From the NCBI GenBank assembly GCA_035285545.1, contig JAYKGY010000058.1, positions 1 to 12,999 on the forward strand: 12,999 nt of DNA, written 5' to 3'. The DNA comes from Snowella sp. GTDB lineage: Bacteria > Cyanobacteriota > Cyanobacteriia > Cyanobacteriales > Microcystaceae. Made by a program: the position numbers and the translations under genes. Positions 7,619-12,999 of the stretch are shown one piece after another (the stretch's first letter is position 1; each line of letters starts with the position of its first letter). The notes under the pieces were generated by a model. That model saw only the letters and a program-made list of their open reading frames with translations, had not been told where the DNA came from and did no database searches.

Positions 7619-10339
7619 ATGATTAAATGCAAACTTTTTTATAGGGGCTTAGTCTTTAGTCTAATTTATTTAGGGCTGATAGAAAATGTCAATAGGGTCG
7701 CGCCATCTCTTGTCCCTTTTCAGCTAGCAATTCAACCCGTATTTGCCCAAGAAACACCTAATTCTCTATTTCAACAAGGAATGGCAAATTATCAAGCCGG
7801 AACAGTTCAAGGCTTTACTGATGCGATCGCGTTGTGGGAGAAAGCATTACCGCAATGGCAGAATCAAGGCAATACTCAACAAATGGCTGTTACCTTAAAT
7901 TTTCTTGCCTCAGCTTATTCAAACTTAGGCTTATTTTCCCAAGCTCTCAAGGGATATCAACAATTATTATCTCTTAGCCAAACCCTAAACGACCCCCAAA
8001 CCGAGGCTAGCACCTTAGTCGCGATCGCCAAAATTGAAACTCGATTAGGCAACTATCAACAAGCCTTAGAACATTTAAACCGTGCCCAAGGATTATGGCA
8101 AAAAGTGAATTTGAAAACGGGAAAAGTCGCTACTTTTAATGAGCTAGCATCTGTTTACTGGAATTTAGGAGATTTTAAACAGGCAAATTATCATTACAAT
8201 CAAGCATTAGGCTTGGCCAATAACTTAGGAAATTCAGCCAATATTGCAGCAATTTATAATAATTTAGGTCAGATTAATTTAGAGTTAAAAGAAGCTTCAA
8301 AAGCCCTAGATTTCTACCAAAAAGCGATTCGATTATGGGACGAATTAATTCAAAAATTAGGTGTAAATGCAGGTGTGGATATTTATCGCGGTAAGGCTGC
8401 TACGCTGAATAACATTGCCTCTGTTCAGGTTATTTTAGGTCAATTTCCAGAAGCTTTAAAAAATTATCGTCAAGCATTAATAATTTGGCAAACCATTGGC
8501 GATCGCACTGGGGAAGCTAGCACATTCAATAATTTGGGGTTTGTTGATTATCAACAGGGCAATTTAGACAAAGCACAGAATTACTATCAACAGGCTTTAC
8601 ACATTCGTCAGGATGTTGGCGATCACCCCAAAGAAGCTTTGTCTCGCTATCGTATTGCAATGGTCGAACAGAAAAAAGACAATTATCCGCAAGCGATTCA
8701 GCAAATGGATCTGGCGATAAAACTTATTGAAAATTTACGTACCAAAGTCACCAATAAAGATTTAAGAGCCTCTTTTTTAGCGTCAAAACAGGAATATTAC
8801 CAGTTTTATATTGAGTTATTAATGCAATTACATCAAAAATATCCCGATCAACAATGGGATGCTAAAGCGTTAGAAATTAGTGAACGTTCTAAAGCGCGAT
8901 CGCTGCTAGATTTGTTAGCAGAAAGTCCCGGACGAATTTCATCAGGAATTTCCCCCGAATTATTAACTCAAAAAGAACAATTACAACAGCAATTAGAAAC
9001 CTTAGAAGAACAACGCGTTAAATTATTAAGTAACGATCATACCGAAGAACAAAAAAATGCCATCAATAATAACATTGAAAAGCGATTACAACAATATCAA
9101 CAGGTGATAGACCAAATTTATGCTAAAAATCCCCGTTATGCTGCATTGACAAAGCCTCATCCCCTTAGATTCGCTCAAATTCAAAAATTATTAGATAAAA
9201 ATACGGTTTTATTAGAATATGCTTTGGGTGAAAAAAACAGTTATCTATGGGTTGTTACCCAAAATTCTTTACAGAGTTATCCCTTACGCGATCGCAAAAC
9301 CATTGAAGATGCCGTCAAAGCCTTTCGCGATTCTTTTTTGTCTCCCCAAAAACGCATTCGGCGATCGCTGAATCAAACGACAGGGAACAAGCTAAAAAAA
9401 TTAATTTTACCCGAAATCAAACTCCTCAAAAATCAAAGATTATTAATTGTTGCCGATGGTGGCTTGCAATATCTTCCCTTTGCCGCTTTACCGAGTGAAC
9501 TCAATACTTCAGAAACCCCAAAGTTTTTAATCGAAAATCATGAAATTGTTAGCCTACCTTCTGCTTCTACTCTCGGCATTTTACGAAAAGAAACACACGC
9601 ACGAAAACCGCCTGCTAAATTATTAGCAATGTTAGCTGATCCCGTTTTTAATATTAACGATGAAAGATTAAAAAATATTGTGTCTCAAACAGAGCAAAAA
9701 CTTCCACCAGATTTAGAACGATCTGCCAGAGAATCGGGGGTTTTATTTGATCGTTTACCCTATACCCAAGCCGAAGCCCAAGGAATTTTATCCCTCATTC
9801 CAGCAAATCAACGATTACAAGAATCCGGTTTTGCGGCTAATCGAGAAACGGCAACTAGTCAACAATTAAGTCAATATCGCTTTATTCATTTTGCCACTCA
9901 CGGCTTACTCAATAGCCAAAATCCCCAATTGTCTGGAATCGTTTTATCCCTATTAGATTCATCTGGAAAACCCACCAATGGATTTTTAAGACTTTATGAT
10001 ATTTTTAATCTTAATTTACCGGCTGAACTAGTGGTTTTAAGTGCTTGTCAAACGGGCTTAGGTCAAGAAATTAAAGGAGAAGGATTAATTGGTTTAACCA
10101 GGGGATTTATGTATGCAGGAGCCGCGAGGGTTTTAGTCAGCTTATGGAATGTCGATGATCAAGCAACATCCGTTTTAATGATTCATTTTTATCGAGCGAT
10201 TTTAAAAGACGGTTTATCTCCAACAGCCGCACTCAGAAAAGCTCAATTAGAATTACAAAAAAATCCCAATTGGTCGTCTCCCTATTATTGGGCTGCTTTT
10301 AGCTTACAGGGAGAATGGCAAAAAACAAAAGGGTTTTGA
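7619..10339 (+). CDS. TPR-repeat plus CHAT-domain (caspase HetF-associated) cysteine protease
   Basis: 906 aa: an N-terminal hydrophobic leader ending QPVFA|Q, roughly 8 TPR-like repeats (NNLG/NNIA, YQQAL), a coiled-coil linker, then CHAT motifs LLIVADGGLQYLPFAAL, IHFATHG (His761), LVVLSACQTGLG (Cys810), SLWNVDD and SPYYWAAF.LQG. Confidence 0.95.
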   Translation: MIKCKLFYRGLVFSLIYLGLIENVNRVAPSLVPFQLAIQPVFAQETPNSLFQQGMANYQAGTVQGFTDAIALWEKALPQWQNQGNTQQMAVTLNFLASAYSNLGLFSQALKGYQQLLSLSQTLNDPQTEASTLVAIAKIETRLGNYQQALEHLNRAQGLWQKVNLKTGKVATFNELASVYWNLGDFKQANYHYNQALGLANNLGNSANIAAIYNNLGQINLELKEASKALDFYQKAIRLWDELIQKLGVNAGVDIYRGKAATLNNIASVQVILGQFPEALKNYRQALIIWQTIGDRTGEASTFNNLGFVDYQQGNLDKAQNYYQQALHIRQDVGDHPKEALSRYRIAMVEQKKDNYPQAIQQMDLAIKLIENLRTKVTNKDLRASFLASKQEYYQFYIELLMQLHQKYPDQQWDAKALEISERSKARSLLDLLAESPGRISSGISPELLTQKEQLQQQLETLEEQRVKLLSNDHTEEQKNAINNNIEKRLQQYQQVIDQIYAKNPRYAALTKPHPLRFAQIQKLLDKNTVLLEYALGEKNSYLWVVTQNSLQSYPLRDRKTIEDAVKAFRDSFLSPQKRIRRSLNQTTGNKLKKLILPEIKLLKNQRLLIVADGGLQYLPFAALPSELNTSETPKFLIENHEIVSLPSASTLGILRKETHARKPPAKLLAMLADPVFNINDERLKNIVSQTEQKLPPDLERSARESGVLFDRLPYTQAEAQGILSLIPANQRLQESGFAANRETATSQQLSQYRFIHFATHGLLNSQNPQLSGIVLSLLDSSGKPTNGFLRLYDIFNLNLPAELVVLSACQTGLGQEIKGEGLIGLTRGFMYAGAARVLVSLWNVDDQATSVLMIHFYRAILKDGLSPTAALRKAQLELQKNPNWSSPYYWAAFSLQGEWQKTKGF

Positions 10340-10369
10340 TTGGGTTTGACAAACAGTAGAGTCTTAATT

Positions 10370-11083
10370 TTAAGGGGTTGAATTAATAACGGATTTAGCC
10401 GTAATCAAGGGAGCAGAACTAACCCTTTCTAAACCAACAGATTGTAATAATTCTTGCCATTCCCTGGGATGAGTAGTACGGGCTTTTGCTGCCATCATTA
10501 ACGTATCTTGCCAAATATTAGCTTGGGCATAAATTTTAGCTTGATCTAGAGAATTTTCTGCTTGATTGAGATGTTTTTGTTGGGTTGGTGTTAGCTCTGT
10601 CCGTTTGATTTTTGCATGAGTAAAATTTGAAGCTTCTTGCCCATTAATATTGCACACAATTGAGAATTGCCATTGATAGGTTTGTCCAACCTGTAGCGCA
10701 ATATTTTGAGGAAGGGTAATTTCGATAATACTACTTTGATTAGGTAAGGTCAGGCTAGTAACATAGACATCATTCCCCTTAGCATCGACTAAAACAAAAT
10801 CACCTGTTTTTCCTTGGGATTCTGGCGCATAGACATAAAACGTTGGATTGGCGGACACCGTTGATGTTTCAGACGAAGGGACAAGCGCGACTAATTGTTC
10901 TCCATTTAGTAAACAGTTTTCTCCTCTGGTTCCCGCACCGCTGGTGGCAACGGGGGCACCTCGATCTGCCGCTTTAGGGAATTGTAAACTCACGAGATTG
11001 GGAAGAGCTTGCGATAACACAGATTCGACAGGGATTAAAATACCTAAAATTAACGTAAAAATTCCTATTGATCTACTCATCAT
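10370..11083 (-). CDS. DUF928 family exported protein
   Basis: Signal peptide, then GAP...GAGTRG..C, L.ALVP, T....PTFYVY.P, L.VGQTYQWQFSIVC, YAQANIWQDTL and WQELLQSVGL, the motif series typical of cyanobacterial DUF928. Confidence 0.88.
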   Translation of the reverse strand: MMSRSIGIFTLILGILIPVESVLSQALPNLVSLQFPKAADRGAPVATSGAGTRGENCLLNGEQLVALVPSSETSTVSANPTFYVYAPESQGKTGDFVLVDAKGNDVYVTSLTLPNQSSIIEITLPQNIALQVGQTYQWQFSIVCNINGQEASNFTHAKIKRTELTPTQQKHLNQAENSLDQAKIYAQANIWQDTLMMAAKARTTHPREWQELLQSVGLERVSSAPLITAKSVINSTP

Positions 11084-11156
11084 TGATTAATCTCTCTTTT
11101 GTTTAAATAAAATAGTATTTACAAAAATTAATAAGCTGTTAATTGAGTCAAGGATA

Positions 11157-11172
11157 ATGGGAATATTTCCAT
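11157..11172. promoter_or_regulatory. 16-bp near-perfect palindrome, operator candidate
   Basis: ATGGGAATATTTCCAT, with 7 of 8 pairs symmetric, in the divergent DUF928/HAD intergenic region. Confidence 0.35.
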
Positions 11173-11337
11173 AGTAAAACAAAAAGCATGATTCTGTTTG
11201 CTCAAAACAGGCTGCGGAATAGCTTCTCAAGAATTATTTTAAAGTAAACATTCATCAAAATAGGGAATTAATTCTCCTTTTGGAGATATTATTTGAATTG
11301 TTTAACTATATTAATTTTTCAAAAACACGTTGGTTTT

Positions 11338-12027
11338 ATGACTCCCATCCAATCGTTTACCGATCTGATCTCCCCTTCTCAAACCGAACCACCTCAAGTT
11401 ATCTTTTGTGATGCCATGGGAACCCTTTTTGGGCTTCGCGATAGTGTCGGGAAGATTTATGCTCAAATTGCCCAAGATTTTGACGTTTGGGTAGAAGAAA
11501 GTGCATTAAACCAAGCTTTTTATACCACTTTTAAAAAGGCTCCCCCCTTGGCTTTTGCCCAACCCGATGCGATTCAATTAGCCGCTTTAGAGTATGAATG
11601 GTGGAAGACGTTAGTGGCCGAATCCTTTGATCAAATTAATGCGTTAAAAAAATTTAGTGATTTTGAGGAGTTTTTTCGGGTTTTATATGATTATTTTGCG
11701 ACGAAAAAGCCTTGGTTTGTTTATCCTGATGTGATAGATACCCTCCAGTTTTGGCAAAAGCAAAAGATTCCTTTAGGGATTATTTCTAATTTTGATAGTC
11801 GTTTATATACCGTCTTAACTCAACTTCAACTCAAGGATTTTTTTAGTACAATAACGATTTCTTCTCGGTACAAAATTGCGAAACCTGACATCCAAATTTT
11901 TCAATCTGCATTACAGTATTATGATTGCTCTCCTCAACAGGCCTGGCACATTGGAGATAGTTTGAAGGAAGATTATGAAGGGGCGATCGCGGCAGGATTG
12001 CAGGCTTTTTTAATTGAGCGTTGCTAA
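11338..12027 (+). CDS. HAD-IA family hydrolase (REG-2/HDHD3-like)
   Basis: Motif I VIFCDAMGTL, motif II ISNFDSRL, motif III AKPD and motif IV HIGDSLKEDYEGA. ATG 11338 is preferred over TTG 11293. Confidence 0.92.
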   Translation: MTPIQSFTDLISPSQTEPPQVIFCDAMGTLFGLRDSVGKIYAQIAQDFDVWVEESALNQAFYTTFKKAPPLAFAQPDAIQLAALEYEWWKTLVAESFDQINALKKFSDFEEFFRVLYDYFATKKPWFVYPDVIDTLQFWQKQKIPLGIISNFDSRLYTVLTQLQLKDFFSTITISSRYKIAKPDIQIFQSALQYYDCSPQQAWHIGDSLKEDYEGAIAAGLQAFLIERC

Positions 12028-12059
12028 CCTTAATGTTTGATTTTAAATGATATGAATAT

Positions 12060-12695
12060 TTACAGGCAATTTTTTAGGGCTTGAATGTCAGAAGTCACAA
12101 TTTTCTCTAGATTTCTTGAAATTTTCCCAATCTCCCAATCCCACCACGCAATGTCAAGTAACAACTGAATCACTTCATCATTAAAACGTGCCCGAATTAA
12201 CTTTGCAGGGTTTCCGCCGACAATCGTGTAGGGTGCCACATCTTGAACGACAACCGATTTCGCTGCAATGATCGCACCATGCCCTATCTTTATCCCTGGC
12301 ATAATGACCGATTCATAGCCAATCCAGACATCATTGCCAATGACCGTATCACCTTTATCAGGAACTTGTTCGGGAAGGGGCGTTACTCTTTCCCAACCAT
12401 TCCCAAAAATATAAAATGGATAGGTCGAAAATCCATCGAGTTGATGGTTCGCGCCATTCATAATAAACTTGATGCCTCTGGCCAACGCACAAAATTTACC
12501 GATAATTAAGCGATCGCCGACAAACGGGAAATGGTAGAGAACATTGCGTTCAAAATTTTCTGAATCTTCTGGATCGTCATAGTAGGTATAATCCCCAATA
12601 ATAATATTGGGATTTGATACGGTATTTTTAATAAAGCAGATCTGGGGAAATCCCTTCATTGGATGTTTATCGTTTGGATCTGCACCATGCATCAT
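12060..12695 (-). CDS. Vat/CatB-related xenobiotic O-acetyltransferase (hexapeptide repeat)
   Basis: NPNIIIGDYTYYDD, LYHFPFVGDRLIIGKFCALA, MNGANH...FSTYPF, KGDTVIGNDVWIG, VGGNPAKLIR.RF and LL.IAWWDW follow the streptogramin A acetyltransferase (Vat) layout. Confidence 0.9.
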   Translation of the reverse strand: MMHGADPNDKHPMKGFPQICFIKNTVSNPNIIIGDYTYYDDPEDSENFERNVLYHFPFVGDRLIIGKFCALARGIKFIMNGANHQLDGFSTYPFYIFGNGWERVTPLPEQVPDKGDTVIGNDVWIGYESVIMPGIKIGHGAIIAAKSVVVQDVAPYTIVGGNPAKLIRARFNDEVIQLLLDIAWWDWEIGKISRNLEKIVTSDIQALKNCL

Positions 12696-12811
12696 AAGCC
12701 AAAATATTGCCCGAATTTTCTTCTCTTAAAAAATATCATTTTTCAGAGTTAGTTGCCATTACTGTATCGTTTTTAGCTATAGCCTAACGTATCAATAATC
12801 TACAATCCACT

Positions 12812-12999
12812 CTAATAGGTTCGCGGTTGAAAATTATCGGGAATATCGATCTCAAAAATCTGATCGTGGATACGAGCAACATAAAGCCCTTCTTGCAGAA
12901 TCTTTTCACGTAATTCATTGGACAAATCAACAGACGCTAAAATGCCATAAAGTCGTTTATTTTTATGTTCAGGAAAAAAGAGACGAAAACGTTGCAAAA
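12812..12999 (-). CDS. 3' end of a gene running off the window; resembles the C-terminus of DUF3782-associated PD-(D/E)XK-fold proteins
   Basis: The frame is open to the window edge, so TTG 12997 is probably an internal Leu. RFRLFFPEHK.KRLYGILASV...GLYVARIHD..F recalls F..FFP.Y....YG..A....GL.V nuclease-fold tails. The N-terminal catalytic region is not visible. Confidence 0.55.
   Translation of the reverse strand, partial: LQRFRLFFPEHKNKRLYGILASVDLSNELREKILQEGLYVARIHDQIFEIDIPDNFQPRTY

Larger units (their letters stand above)
415..12517. repeat. HIP1 octamer GCGATCGC, dispersed (15 exact copies counted)
   Basis: Copies start at 415, 866, 1368, 2988, 4403, 5054, 6061, 7823, 8021, 8499, 8896, 9288, 9361, 11983 and 12510. 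Well under one copy would be expected by chance in 13 kb. Confidence 0.95.

Noticed and set aside
7619..10339. TPR-CHAT as a CRISPR type III-E Craspase (Csx29) or an anti-phage module
   Set aside because: No cas7-11, CRISPR array, gasdermin or other recognisable effector in the window, and the protein appears to carry an export signal.
10848..11090. 80-aa plus-strand ORF
   Set aside because: Antisense shadow of the DUF928 gene.
12243..12509. 88-aa plus-strand ORF
   Set aside because: Antisense shadow of the acetyltransferase gene.

Overview
Gene-dense chromosomal window from a cyanobacterium. This is supported by 15 exact HIP1 octamers (GCGATCGC) that I counted, a cyanobacterial-type PEP-CTERM protein, a PAP/fibrillin gene, and DUF3134- and DUF928-like proteins. 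The left half is mostly core genes: a DUF4149-like membrane protein, gpmI-secG followed by a metzincin-type exported Zn peptidase, a convergent PEP-CTERM surface protein with a long AT-rich upstream region, a DUF3134-like gene with mraY, and fibrillin. The most notable part is 6745-11083, a three-gene module of predicted exported proteins: a FecR-like protein, divergent from a TPR-CHAT caspase-like protease with an intact His/Cys dyad, convergent with a DUF928-like protein. This could be an uncharacterised extracytoplasmic proteolytic signalling system. The right end holds a HAD hydrolase, a Vat/CatB-like hexapeptide O-acetyltransferase and the 3' end of a gene running off the window. No rRNA, tRNA, CRISPR array or transposase was recognised. 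All family calls come from motif recognition by eye, not from database searches.
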